Below are positions 47,964-62,700 of a DNA stretch of 64,000 nucleotides, in pieces. Below the pieces are notes generated by a model, which saw only the letters and a program-made list of their open reading frames with translations, was not told the origin of the DNA and did no database searches. The DNA is taken from NCBI GenBank assembly GCA_002633005.1, contig NMRA01000291.1, positions 169,086 through 233,085 on the forward strand. Reading direction: 5' to 3'. Position 1 is the first letter of the stretch. Every line of letters begins with the position of its first letter. Source of the stretch: Phoronis australis. Taxonomy: Eukaryota; Animalia; Phoronida. Position numbers and translations under genes: made by a program.

Positions 47964-50900
47964 ACGTGCTAGCCAAGAGGCGCCGCCACTCTCCTGACCT
48001 TTCTGGTACAGTTTCCGGTTAGTGCATTTTGACGAGAAATATTTGCATCTACTTTACTGTCCAAAGCAACGAAAAAATATTAATTTCGGCATTGAAATGC
48101 ATTTCAAAGTCTTTCAATAGTAGAAGTGTTGGTATTGTGAGTACTTTTGGCAATGCTACTGGTAATTAATTACAAAATTGAAACTTCGGTGTCGACTGAT
48201 TATGTCGTCTGTTTGCCCAATAGCAGCATAGTTAACGGACAGTTTTTGATTTATGGTTCACATGGGCCTACTGAGAAAACTACGAAAGCATGTTTGTGCA
48301 CAAATTCCAAGGAGTACCTGTGAATGCAAAAGATACTTATATAACGTTTTTGGTTTAGAAAAATATTAATTTTGTTCGAATTAAAGAATGCGCCTCTGCA
48401 AAGATTCGACTATGTTTATAATTCAACATTCTCAACTGAGCAGTTCTTCTGGGAAGTGTTGAGTGGCCTTTAAAAGGGCCGTTGGTTGTAGGTATAGCGT
48501 GAAATGGTTCTTAAAAGAACCGTTGAATAATTCAACATAAATCGCACAGTTTAACATGCTCACTCAAGTACAGAAGGTTGGATGAAAACAGAGGAGATGA
48601 CAATATCGTTGACAGTTGTAACACATTATATAAATGTTACCGTTCTCCAACGTTATCACGAACCCTGCCTTTTTCAGTTCTTGTTCCTGGATTCAGAAGT
48701 AACCCTGAACCATAGGGAAAAAAGACATACAACGAAAACGAATAAAAAAATTTGGAACATCATCGCCTTCGTACGATTCCGTGTTGCTGTCGCCAGACAG
48801 ATGTTCCTCTCCAACATCAATGTCGAAAATCGACGTTACAAGTGATGGAAACTTGTGTCCTTCGTTTCTAACTTTTAACCCATTTTTTAAGAAAGTGGTG
48901 TACTGATTTTGTCTAATGTTGATAGAGCATAACTTTTGGTTTTTACAATGCATTAATTGTGTTGAATGCATTCATATTAGGTGCTTCATTGAGTTGAACA
49001 GAAAATAAACTAAATGTAACACAATAAAGTTTTGAAAATAAATAGAACTTTAAAACAGGACTCCCTAAGAATCGAGCTGTTTTCGAAAACTTTGCGCTAT
49101 TGGTGATCTGATTGGTTCATGCATTTACGGCGGGAAAATAATAGACCAAGTATCGTGCACGTGTGCACTGTAGCAACACTTTATATCGTATTCTTATTTG
49201 GCCAATCTGTTGATACAGTAAATTTCCTTATTTATGCCCATCCTGATTTAACTGCAACTTGAGCTTGTTGGGTTCTATCATATATTGGGTTGGCATTGGG
49301 GCCCACATGATGCTTACTCGAATGGGCTTCATTTTACCAAGTATTTCAAATTGAGGTGAAGTAAATAAACAAAGTGGGTGAATATTATCACCAGAATTTC
49401 ATCATTAGTATCTTTTGTCGGATGCTCAAATTTTCTGAGACTAGGGATTGTCAGATTTGTAAGGTAGAAGTGTTTTACTGGATTTTCAGGTCTGTGGCGT
49501 TATTTATACCGGACCAAAATTAAAAAAAAAACAGACCTTTTTTTAAATCAGGAGCTGCATGATGTATGATAATACACATTTATTAGACGTGCGCAAGCAT
49601 TGCATTGATCACTTGGAACCATTTTTATGGTTTATTAATATATAGTTAAACCAAGCTGAGGAGCTTGAAACCTGATTCACGGCAATTTTTGGCAGTGGGA
49701 TTTTCTGAAAAATGCTCGTAAGTTGACAAAAATTTTTGATAGCAATGCACTGCAGTTTTGTAGAAACTGTTCATAGGTTACAGATGCGTCACAGAGCGTA
49801 ACTTTGATGAATTCTAGCTTACGATTTCACCTGTTTCGGAGACCGGGTTTCAACCACTTTTGGGCTATAATAAGCGCCCCTTCCTGAAGCGGATTTTTCT
49901 AAGCACCCTGACCGCTTATTAGGGCGGATACGGTAATATTTCAGAAGGGCAATACTTAGTATCCTTTATGCACGGGACCCTTTTGTTACATTAGGAGTGG
50001 GATTGGCTCATTATGAACCCTACAGGTGGCATAGGACTTTACAAAACTGGTTGAAGAATTTTGTTTTCGTCATAAACGTTCGTTTGAAAGGCTTAAATTT
50101 AGATATGTTAGGACTTAAGACGGAAATTTAAAAAAAACACATATCCGCTTACAAAAATTTAACATTGAAGAATAAAAACAACCTTTACACCCCTCTGGCG
50201 TTCCTGTTCCATGTTTTCAAAGAAGTTGGTTGCATTTTCATAGACTGCAGTCGAGAGATTTTGTGCGGCATATATTCGACATGAAATGAGTGTGTAACCT
50301 GCTGTTGAATTGCGAGATAGATTTGGACTGATCCAGGTGGTTATTTCTGAAGTATTAATGCAATCTTTATTGATGTTAAAGGTTTTACCAGCGTTCTATT
50401 TATTTGTACACGAATGTGACTTTGTTGAAATCGCTGATCCAAATTCTGGCCAAATGTGCGCATTCTGTTGAGACCAACTGTCTGATCAGAGCCAGCGAAG
50501 AGTAATTTGGTTAATTCGCTCACTAGGCTATGGCTGAACTTCCTCGTAAGGACAAGAGTTTACGAGTCACTACCTTTGGAAGAAATTTAGTGGACAATTT
50601 TCGTCAAAAAGTTTACCAGATAGTTGTCATCAAAACGGAGAAAACAAAAATGGATTTGTGAAGACAGGATTAAGTAGTAGTCTCTTAAAAACATTCATCT
50701 TTGAGGTGCCTTGAACAAATGTATAAAGTCTTATTGCTGAAACAACTGCCATTCACGTTGACACAAGAAGTAAGCTTTTCTTCCCACAGCCGATTATGGG
50801 GTCTTCGGATGGTGTATGGAAGCTAATTCCTTTGCATTCGCGTGTGTGGCCGAACAACCAGCCACACAGTAGCCCATGATTAACAGATGACGTACTCGTC

Positions 50901-51027
50901 GGAAATTGCACCAGAAAATTTAGCCAGGTGTCGCCAGTGAATAATGACGTAAGGGGTTATGCGTAAGATCACAGATTTCGTCCATTGAAAGTATACGGAG
51001 TTGGCGGTCCATGTACTATAGTCTATG
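47964..51027 (-). mobile_element. THAP-bearing (P-element-like) element, copy B, lacking the Kolobok insertion
   Basis: Colinear and highly similar to 33004-35585 plus 37185-37711. It ends at the same CTATAGTCTATG terminus; the left tip is missing. Confidence 0.8.
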
Positions 51028-51965
51028 CTGTTGACCTAGTGTGACGAATTAATCGTGATTGATATTGCGTTTTCAGTCTTTTATATTTCGCCCAGCAAGC
51101 TCTTACATTGCAGGAATCATAATGGGAATCTTTCAGCAGCACGTGATCACGTGGGACCAGATACTAGAAGTTCGCAGAGCACGAAGAGGTATTTTTTGTT
51201 TACGGCGCATCACGTCTAATCACATACAGTGTAAACGAGTCTTTTCAAGATCTTATGTTCGCCCATGAGACTGAGAAGAAGAACCTCCAGTTAGAGCCAG
51301 GTGGCGATGAGTCACTGGTCCCACGTGATCGACTTCAATTACTTTACGAAAGCCTCCCATTGAACTGAATTAAGACGCAAGAGGAAAGCGTCAACCAACT
51401 AGGGTTCTGTGCACCCGCGACTGAAACTCAAGCGTTTGGTTTTTAAAGTACGTTTCCACTGTATTTTGCCATTTGCAGATACAATCTATACGCTACGAAT
51501 ATATTCTAACAAACCTAACATTGACAAAGTAACATGAAAGCTGGTGAATCTTTTGGGAACTTCTAGTAATTTACATGCTGCCTCGTGTTGAAACGACAGG
51601 CATTAACAACATTTAATGACTTTTCATATAGCACCAAAAATTACACCTAATCCTCCTATTGTACTCCGCTCGCAGTAGAACCGTTTCAGGGAAAATTGAT
51701 ACACAAGCTTGTAGGAATGCAATTTGGCATCTGTTCTGCGGTCAGACATCGCGGTAACCCACGTACAACGAAAACAGCAGGTGTGTTGAAGATATGTTAC
51801 TTTGCGAACAATAAAACACTATTACAAGTTACCATAAAACAAACAAAACAAATCAAAATAGTTGATTAAATTAGACAAAAATAAAGAAAAGTGTCACCGG
51901 CTGCAGTGTGAAGGCTATAATTGCACACTGCCTATAACAAATCAACGACAATTTCAACGTAAAGA

Positions 51966-52719
51966 GGCCAAGTGAGACCACAAACCGTGGCAACCGCACA
52001 AACTGTGGCAAACCTCAAATTGCAACAGTTTGTGCGGACATGTGACGCACAAATTGTAGCTATGTAATCGAAGCGCAACTGGCCAAAATGACAGCTTGTG
52101 CACGTCCTCCCAGTCCTGTGGTATGGATGGTACAAGAGAACGCCCAGAGGAGTGGGAAGCTCAAGATGGCCAGAGAGACAAGATCACATCATTTCCCCCT
52201 ACATGCAACGAGAATGGACGTAATGACAATTCAACTGTGTCATCAGTGAAGAAGACAAGGAAAGACAAGAGTGCCAAGGTGGACTGAATGACGAGGTTGG
52301 CGAAGATTGGGATATTGACGGGAATGACTTCAATATCAAGACATGGACATGACATAAGGTATGAAAATAGTCTAAAACAAATGGACAATGACACTGAACA
52401 CCGATAGACCTGGGAACCAATATGAGAGACAGGTTCCTAGACGGGATGCAAGAGATTGTCGTATTGCCGTCTCTTAGTGAAGTTATAAGGTTAGTACCGC
52501 TGTATTTATTCATGCACCATCAATTCGTTGTTTTTGACGTCGTTGCACATTGTTCTCCAAATTTGTTCTTGAATGGTCAGTACAAACTGTAGCACTCTTG
52601 TGCAAAACCATAAACCGTCGCATGAAAAATTAAACAGTTTCTGATTCGAAGGTCTGCACAAACAATTGGAGGATTACAACAGTTTGCGCAGTTGCGACAG
52701 TTTGTGGACTAATTCGGCC
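51966..52719. mobile_element. Non-autonomous TIR element
   Basis: ggccaagtgagaccacaaaccgtggcaaccgcacaaactgt is mirrored by acagtttgcgcagttgcgacagtttgtggactaattcggcc. Confidence 0.7.
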
Positions 52720-53992
52720 ATTTTTTTGCAAAAATGATCTCTGACATAAGCGACAAAATAACCGATCATATGATTGATGACGAATTCTAAAAGAACTCAT
52801 AGAAGTCTGAAGAAAAAATGTTTTGAATGCTGTCATAGCTACAAACACTGACATTGATGGAAACCAAAAATTTCTTAGCACTATTTTGGCGTAATAGCTC
52901 CCTGATCGTACAACTTTCATAATATTCTTACCGGCAATCTAACTTTGGAGGTTATTTCCGCAAAACTTTCCATGTTCAGGCTGAAGTTCAAATAGTTATC
53001 TCCGACATTAAATAAGTGCGGATTTTTACAACAGAGCGACGATTTTTGTAGAGGCACTACTTAGGCAACTTAAAAAACGTGGCTACCACATCCATGAACT
53101 TGGTTCCTTCACGGGCCCCATCAACTCACTTAACCGACTCATAATTTAGTCACAAACACGGCACACCGACCGCCTAACGCGACTCACTGACTGCCAAACA
53201 CGGTATCGCGTCGCCCCCCATCAAAATTGGCACATGGACTCACAAACACGACTTACGGACTCCATCTCCGTGCGCCTTGTTGGTTGGTCACTGAGCCATG
53301 TTTATGAGTCCCTAAGTCGTGTTTACAATTGAAGGAACAATGTTTATGAGTGTGGCAGGCCTGTTTTTCGGGTCGCCTGTTGCTTGTGCAGCAGTGCGAG
53401 CTCTAACCCGAACAATCAACCCGACCGATCACTACGTATAGCCGGTTGCGGCACCAACGCTATTAATACACGTTAGAGTACATCAGCTCAGTAACGAATA
53501 TTAAAATATAAAACGTGATTTATTCACTAAGAAATTGTGTGTTTGTAGTTTCAATGGTTTCGAATTGCATTCTACAGTCAACGATTGCCGGGTTATGGGG
53601 CTATTTCCACCAGTGCGGCGACATCTCTCTAGGGTATAGTATATGGTTCTGTATTGGTACATGGTGGTCTACTGCCTCCTCTATTAACCTACCATTCGCC
53701 GCCAATAACGGATTTAAATGTAATCTGGAACATTTTGAATTTTCTAACCCACGAGTCAGCAATTTATGCCTAGCGAGGTCCTGTGTTGCAGTCAAACCAA
53801 AGACAAGGAAAACCCTATCTACATTTCTATCTGAGTTATTAACGAACTGAGAAAATAGCGGCACCTTTTGCTAAAAAATCCTAATCCTTGCTCAGTTGCG
53901 AATCGGAATTCTGGTTTACACCTCTTGCACTATTCGATCATCGTTATCCCGATGCGCCGTGTCGATCGTCCTGGTTGGTCGTTAGTCCTTCT

Positions 53993-56900
53993 CTACAACA
54001 TTTTGTCCAGACTTTGGAGCTTGCGGAGAGCTTCACTAATGATACACAAGTCTCCCTTCAGCTCACTAACCACCGTAGCTATCTGCTTGTGGGTACTAAG
54101 TGTTTCCACAGTTTGCGTATACGGGTTATACCGCGTAGCAAATGGCTTTTTTATCGTACATGCAAACTCCCTGTAAATATCAGTTTTTCCAGTTAGTTTC
54201 AATTTCATACAATTTCGTATTAAAACAGCACCAATCACCCCCTACAAAGGAAATTTCTGATAAAGGGAGTAGGCCTATCTACCAAAAGCTTCTATCGTGA
54301 CAAGCTACCAGTCATGCGGGTCGCCTCAACAGTGCGCGACTTGCTTATTACTAAATCTTGTTTTGGCGATTTCGCTCAAAGCTGGTTATTCTTCCCCCTG
54401 TTGATGCGTTATTGGTTCCTGTTAATGCATTATTGTTACCTCCTCTGAGTGATGAAGGTATTATTCAGCTAAGACAATTCCTTAATACGTCCTGACGTTC
54501 CCCCTGTGGTTTTAAATGAGTGCTGATTTCCCTCATTCGCCGTGTAACCTTCGTAAAGCGTTAGACACGCTTGATGATCGAAGGTGTTTTCAAACTTGCT
54601 CCAAGATTGTGAGCGTTGACGAGCATCAGGGCACTATTGTGTTTCAAAGTTGACAGGTCGTAATATCTATGAATAGGCTAAAAATATTTTTAGTGTCATT
54701 TTAAGATAAAGCTAAACCATCTGCACTAACTTTCAATAAAGGCCATGTATTCTCATAAGACGGTCTCATCTTGTTCCTTACTCAGACCAGAACGATTTTT
54801 AGGCTTGATAAGAAGTGATGGGTTACAAACCAATCAGATGTTTTAGCTTTTGACCCAGGTGAACCGTCGAAGTGAATCAATTGCCTTCAATGTGAAATGC
54901 ATGTTCTTACATTTTAGGGAAAATGGCGTATTCAAGATGTCGGTTGGTCAATTAGCAGAGGTAATTTGTAATTATACTCTGAGAACAGAAGAATACATTG
55001 TTGCTGGACCCTATACTTATACTTACCTCATTCGTTCTTTAGCTTCCTCAAAGCTCTCTGTGTAGTAGTACGAATCTTGGTAGGAAGTGATTATGCACGT
55101 TTGTTGACAAACGGTAATTGGGTCAAACGGTCTGACGACGGCTTTCTCCGAAAGCACGTGCTACAAGAGAAGTTTCGCTTGATAGTAACCACTTTACTTG
55201 TGCCCTTGATTAGAAATGGTGTGCAAGAGTGCGTTTTAAGGTAAACAAGCACCCAAAGTGACTTAAGACTGAATTAGTCCGAAATTTTGTCTTGCGCCCC
55301 CATTTCGCTGATACTGAATTTTGTGTTTGTGATGTAATTGTCAGCGTGCCAATTTCAAGATGAAGATTACCCCATTGCATTTCACTAGATGCCGATGATA
55401 TCATGTTGTTAGCATACTATCTAAGTGATCAACCAAGGCCCGGGGTTTATAATCTTTGTACGAAATTATTTTTGACATTTTCCGTTCTATTTTTGTGCGG
55501 ACGCAAGATACGTGTCTATTATCATATGCTATGGCATGTTATGTTCCAGGTGGACGACTGTCTATGAAGTTCCCGCTTGATTATCCTTAGGTTCAAGTTA
55601 CAAAATCCAGTAAAAACACGAGATTTCGAGTAAAAACTCAATATCTGGAATAAAAAATCGAAATTACGAGTTCAGACTCGACCCAGCGTTAAAGGTATAA
55701 GTTCATCAAGTACAACCTAAGGACAGACAATCGAAAACACATATTCTACAACAATGGCGAATATTCTAATTTTAACAATAGATGGACTCCCGTGGATCTT
55801 TTACTGATTGATTAACGTTTAACTCAGTAAGCCTTGGGAGGCCCCATGAAAAAGACGAATAGAGTGTCACCCACGTAAACCATAATGTACACTAGCACAG
55901 AATAGTGACACATGTCTCGAGTTCGCACAAAAGTAGAACGCAAATGCCAAAAATAACGTCCATTTCGAGTACAATGATTAGCTCCTGGTTTCAGGTATAT
56001 CACTTGGACATAGCTGTGCATAACTTACTAATAGGTAAAAGCAGTACTACCATTCACTATTATCGAGTATCTATGATAGATTACTACTCTTGCAACAGCT
56101 GATACTACTACTGCTACTGCTACTGTTACTGCGACTGTTACTGTGACTGCGACTGCTATTGCAACTGCTACCACTAAACTCACAAATGGATACATTTGCA
56201 AAGAGACGTACTTTCAGTTCACTGATAGATGACAGCAGGCCAGCACCGTAGACTCTCAATTCCGAGTTCTCTTTACAAAGACCAAATTCCACCGTGAAGA
56301 AATAGCACTGATAGAAAGAAAGACAAATACACCGTGAGAACTTTATGATTTGTCGTGTCCAGGGAAAAGTAGCTTACAGACATACTAAATAACATCCAAG
56401 AGGATGAATTACAGAACGATCATTGGTGAAGACCAAAACGTGTATTTTCCTCAAAGGACCATGTTTTCCCATCGAAAGGAAACAATGACACATCATTTTT
56501 TTATCCCATACGCCTTGAATCTGTCGAGGGAAATACGACCATGTAATAATTTTTCCATATTCACCTCCCGCATTACTTCAACAGTGACCTCTGACATGGA
56601 AAGTTCAAAAGGTAGGGCAATGTCGACTCGACGTCGTTAGCCGGTTAGATCATCAAACTTTCGGAAATAGTTTAAGTAATACAATTTAACAGTGTAAATA
56701 ACACTCAACAAGCAATCAGGTCTCAATGGTAACATCTGGAACAGGACTGTTGATTATATGACAGTTCTGTCTCAGTTTTCATTTGCTAAATATTGTATCG
56801 TCTGCAACTCAGGCCCCAATTCCACGGTAACTACAATATCTAATATTGTTGTTATTTAATTATTTTCAGGAGATGTTACAAGTTCAGTGCAAAGTTACCG

Positions 56901-59724
56901 TTGTTTTCATCTCTTTTCAAGTAATGAATCGTTACATTTAAAACTGTTTCTATTACTAGAGAAAACTTGCAACCTAACGCGCGAGTACATACATATAGGA
57001 TGTGATCCGCCACGTGAACAGTCTGAGTGAAGTATTAAAAAAATCTGCGGAATTTTTTTTTTAAAACTCACAAATTCGAAGTGTATGGGATTTTTCGGTC
57101 GTGGTCTGTGCGCGGAATAATGTCGCGTGGAACATTATTTCGTGTACGCCAGTCGCGGTACGTTTTGTGTATATCTACCACTCATAGTGAAAAATCAAAC
57201 ATTTGAAAAGCGTAATTTTTACCACACGTTTGTCAACGCAAGTAAAGTAACTTACTGTAGCTAGTTTTTGTATTTCGTCATCCGACGCTCCGAGTGAACA
57301 GAGTCCTATTTCTTGAGAGAACTGAGCGAAACTGTGATCGGCCAACAATGGAATGTGACCCAGAAGTTCGTGACACGTATCTCTAGAATTGTCCAATAGA
57401 AATACACTGACAACAGACAATAATAAGCAGAAAATGCCTTATTTTCTTGGAAATAGAATTACGTTGAGTTTTTATGAAAAATACACAAAACACCTGTCCG
57501 AAAGTATGCATGTACAATAATTTAAAAGTGGACATATTTCGAAGTTTATTATCAGATGTCCTATTGTTACTCATACTGGTGACGTGAGGAAAATTGAAAC
57601 GCGTCAAGTTTTTTAAGTGCCGTTGTTTTCACCAACATCATAAAACCTATGAAGGTTGTCCCGCGTTTAGATGTGCAACTTCTGAGAGAAGGCACAAACA
57701 GACATCTGATCATAAGGGAGATCAGAGCTAAAACGTTTACAAAGGTGTACTATCTGCATGTTCTCTTGCAAGTAATTCGCATAACATAATGAGCAGATAG
57801 GAATTAATCGTCTTAATAGCATTTAGCATAACAATTAAGTGCAAAAATACTGATATTCTGGCTAATCACGTGCGATCACCATGGACGACCAAACCACAAG
57901 TTACGTCACTGAGTCTGGGCTGAGTTCCGAAGACGTAAGAATGTCGCGAAGGAAACTAGTGTGATCGCGTGCTTCATTTGTATCCCGTGAAGTCTTGCGT
58001 GATCTTGTGTTCACGCGAGGCTCTCGCGTCCACTAACACACGCCTGGTCTCGCGGAACAAAGGCAGAGAATAGAAAATGAGTTCGATTTCGAGTGGAAAG
58101 ATCTGACTCCGGGCCCAGACGTATGACGAGCGTTTGCATGTGGAATTTGTTTTCAGCCGGCGAATCCGAAACGTCCGATTTACCTTCCGAATGCTGTATA
58201 ACGTTGACCACAACAGTACACATAACAGTAACCGTATCCGAATTTTCTATAGGCAGAACCGTCTTTAGATACGCCCAGAGGGCGTATTTAAGGACACTCA
58301 GTTTTTTTCACAAAAACCCACAAAGGCACCGGCGGGGAGTATAATTGGGAAACAACGTATGGTTGAAAACTAAAGCTTTTCTCAGTTTCATAGGAAATAC
58401 ACACCAACAAAGTGTTCAACAATGACCTCCTATCTGTGGCCATAATGTGACTTTATCATTGTACTCGCTATGCTTTGATTTCTTATATGAACGCAAAGCA
58501 GTCGTCTATTTTCTAGTCGATTGCCCAAGTTTTTATAGTACTACTGCACACAACACGATAAGATTACGACGGCATCTTTTCGAAGAAATGGCGATCGGTC
58601 TACCAATGTGTTCAGAGTACGGTAGAGCAGAACTAACAGAATTAAATTAAGAAAATATAAATCACGTTGACACTCACGGCTCAGGTGTGTAAAAGGGATC
58701 GGAACTGTGTCGTACATATTGCGTGCAGTGGAACACACGAAATGCCAAACCGGCCAGGAAATCACGTGCAGATAAATATCCAGCGACTGGCCGCAGTTGG
58801 AACCCTGTACGCGAGGACAGGAATTTAGAGACGTCATCCAGTTGAGGGATATTGTCTTCCCTGGAAGAAAAAAAAATGAAAAATAACCTCCTGATTAGTG
58901 TGCACGCAGCTGCATCTGTTATCATAACAAGGTTACTAAATTGTGGAATTGTGTTGACCAATGTAGCAACTTTCCTCATTGGTGAAGGATACACTACGTG
59001 GCATACACGTTGGAGGAGGGAGTCGGACATCAGTGCTACTCACGTGTGTTGGCTCATCTTGTTGTTTTTGCGAACGGCGGTTTTCAAAGAAATTTGGAAT
59101 GTCCTACTTTACAGTTGTTTCAAAACATGCCTGGATTATAACATAATCATCCTCTGTTCTGTTCACGTTACCTTCACAAAAATTAAAGAAATTGGTCATT
59201 AAAAAGGCCAGTTACAAAACACGACTCCTTGGTCTGTTTCTGCTTCCTACAGGAGAAAGCCTCGAAGACAACTCTTGTTTCCAAATGGCATACAAGTAAA
59301 AACTAAGCCAATGGGTTGACTTTTGACGTCTTTTCTAAAATCACGACATCAACTTCACTGTACTGGTACTGTTGATGAAATGGCGTAGGGAATAAGACAT
59401 TTGTTTGGAAAATGCTGACATTTCCGCATATGCTACCGACTTCTTTCAACAAGTGACTTTTTCTGTGTTTGTTAGCACCTGGTACTGTATTTTGGTTAAT
59501 TTAAGCCTCGCAACTACAACAAGGAACGTCGTTTTAATTTGCAATATCTAGACAAATATGTGTTCCAAGGGCAAACCACCTTGTGGAGCGTGTCTTTAAA
59601 TACTTATTTACAGACGGGTTACGTGTCTAGGGGACCTCCTTCGACATGTAAGTTTACGACGGTTTCAAATTACCTCTCCAGTGTGTTGATTGCAAGAGCA
59701 GATGTACCTAATTAACTATCATTG

Positions 59725-59794
<70 letters not shown>

Positions 59795-62700
59795 CATTTT
59801 CATTATCGTGATCATTATCATTATCATTATCATTGTTGATACTAGTATCACCATGGTATCACTGATGTTATCGTTATCAATTTTATGAGAAGTTTTCAAA
59901 TGGGGAACTCACGGCGCTTCGCAATATATGTCAAAAATGAGAGAATTAAATTGGCCAGAATGTTGAAAATACAAGAAATAAAATAAGTGACAGTACAATA
60001 AAGCGCGTGAAAGAGAAAGTGAGACAGATAACTAGGAGGGTCTGGAAAATTGTGGTCTTAGAGGTACAAAAAGATATTATAATAATGGAGAAAACCGCTG
60101 CCCCAATCAAAAGACATTGGTATAAACACGGTTATTAAGTATTTCTTTTGAGTGACTCATTACATCGCATTGATTTTATGACAATAAAACACTGTGTGTT
60201 AATAAAACCAAAAAAGGTTATAAGCATGTGAGGTGGTTTCAGGAATAAAACATGGCGCACGGCTAAAGTGAAAGTCACGGGATGCATTCAATATCTTGTA
60301 AGTTTAGCGAGATCACGCATGCCTTCTCGATATACAATCGAAGCACGTGATCTCACAAGATTTCGCGATCAGCATACGCCTACCCACCTGTAGCCGCAGT
60401 GTTCTGACAAAAGCGGAAGATTAACAAGGTGCTCTCTGCACGAATGCGTAGGATACAGTTTCATCAGTTCTCGATAGACGGTGCCCCAAGTCTGAATTTC
60501 TTCATCAGTGTAGTCCGCTCTCGGAATGGGTTGACCACTGAATGCCAAATAAACATGTTAATGAAACGCAAAAGGGAATTTTGATCCAGATAAAAATTGA
60601 AAGAAAATTTACACGTTGATACATGCAAACATTTAGCTTCAGTGTCATCTCTGCGTTCTTCGCTATAATTTGTGTCCCCAACATGCTCGCTTGATAGAAA
60701 ATGTCAACAACCTTCGTAACTGACCTTATTCTAAATAAAACTTTTAATAATCTTTTAAGTATCACAACCGATTCTGGGCGTTGCACTTTTCACGGCTTAG
60801 AAAAGTATTCGATTGTGAACTTTTTGTCTTTATATATAGTAAAATTGAAAAACACCAAAGCCATTTCGCACTCTATAAAAACACTTTTGCATGACAGGTA
60901 TCAGAAAATATAGAGTTTACTCACTGCTTATAATTCATGGCTAAACCACAGAAATATTTCCTTCGTTCGCGGTATACTTTATCTTTAAATCCAGGATGGT
61001 CCGCGTCGAGTTCAGCGCCATACATTAGCACGTGGTTAGCGGTTTTGTCCAAATCGCTGATCTTGCGCGGGAACCAAGGAATTTCCTTCTCTTCAAATGC
61101 TGAAAAAAGGGTTCCATATTTTCTACAGTTATAAATACACGTATCCATACTTCTCATTAAAAATCATTGCCAGAACTAATTCTTCACTTTTCAAAAAGCT
61201 CACTGCATTGATAATAATGTTCACAACTTTACAATGTGTTTGTTGTTGTTTAGTCAGGGATTGTTCTAAACTGTAGAAACTTAACCTTAACTTAATAGCG
61301 TTTGTTATAAGTCAGCGTGTGGATATGGTATAAGTAAAAATTATATAAGCCTTCTTAAACGACATTCTACCGCAAGTGTTGCTTAAAAGTTGTTTAACAA
61401 AATAAGCGCATGCACATTAGAAGGTTAGCTCATGAACTTATCTAATCCCTGTGTGCTTATGTCCCAAAAACGTCTGCTCAAGTGCATCGCAATTAATAGC
61501 TGCAAGCGTCTAGGCAAAAGCGGTTTTCCGTCATTAAAAACCACACTCTTCCTTGAGTAAACTAAATTATTTACCAGTGTTGTTAAAACGGGGTTCTATA
61601 GTTATTCTGCTGCTAAAATTGTGGCGCGATCTTTTGCGTCTGCTTTCGGCGTCATGACATAAATTTTTGCGTCACCTATTGACCAGTTTCTTTTTTCGCC
61701 GATTCTTCAATCATCTGTTGTTATTTCACGAGGTTGCGTACACGTCACAACAAATTACCGGAAGTGGTTTCACCTCATTATAAGTTTTTAGAATTTTGGT
61801 GCCAGCAAACCGAATTTCAGGACAAAATTTTTTGCTGCTAAGCTGTCATCATCTCCCACAAATTTTAGGAAACGGCGCAAGCTCGTGTCACGAGCGTAAT
61901 GTTCCAAAACGACGACATATTTTTCTTTGTTACAAAAGGGGAGAATTAAGCAGAAGGATACGTTTATTGGATTGTAATTCACTTAAACGGCTGTAACGGG
62001 CAAGGTGACTGTCAATTGACTCCCAGGTTTACATGCATCCTCGCACTGCATGTTGATACAAGTTTCACGGCGAGGTGACGAGCAGAATTATCTAGGCTGT
62101 GTTAAATTTTGAGATTTGTCGGAGCTCAATACAAAGTGGTACCTGGCTTTATTTTGACGATAGCTGGCTGGCTTCAGTTCACCCTGGTTAGCTGGCCAAA
62201 AATCAAAAAATCGGTTTCGGACTCATAATATTCTTTACCATGAGAGGATTCTGTTTCCGTAATCAACAAGGACATTGACACCATCAGCGACTCAAGAAAA
62301 CGCTTCAGAGTTTATTTGGATTGGTCAATCTCAAAATTGTAAGTCGAAAATGGCACTAGTAGGTATTGCCTGTGACTTGGTAACAGAAATGTAATCCTAT
62401 CACGATAAGGTCTGGAATATCATGAGACCTACTTTGTAAGACTAAAATGTTCAATTCAGTTTTCGTTTTTTATCCATATCAACATGTAGAAATGCAGCTT
62501 CAAAAACTGGCTGAATTGTTTCGCATGTATACCGATGTGCTAGTGATCTTTTTACGGATAGCGAAAATCGTGCACATACTAGAGTGCAGGTTTGTGGGAT
62601 ACAAGGCCTCCTAATCCAGAATCTAAAAATTTCTAGGAAGGCGATCGTCTGCTCGATAAGCGGGCAGTTCACTCTTGATTTCTACAAGTTGTTTTCTTCT

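Noticed and set aside
32962-51027. Direct repeats as the footprint of the duplication that created the two insulin-like genes
   Set aside because: The repeats are highly similar at DNA level, while the peptide genes and their introns show no visible nucleotide similarity. The repeat also has its own termini and THAP remnant.
52930-53110. LKKRGY motif suggestive of a Penelope RT thumb remnant
   Set aside because: Too short and degenerate to support without a profile search.
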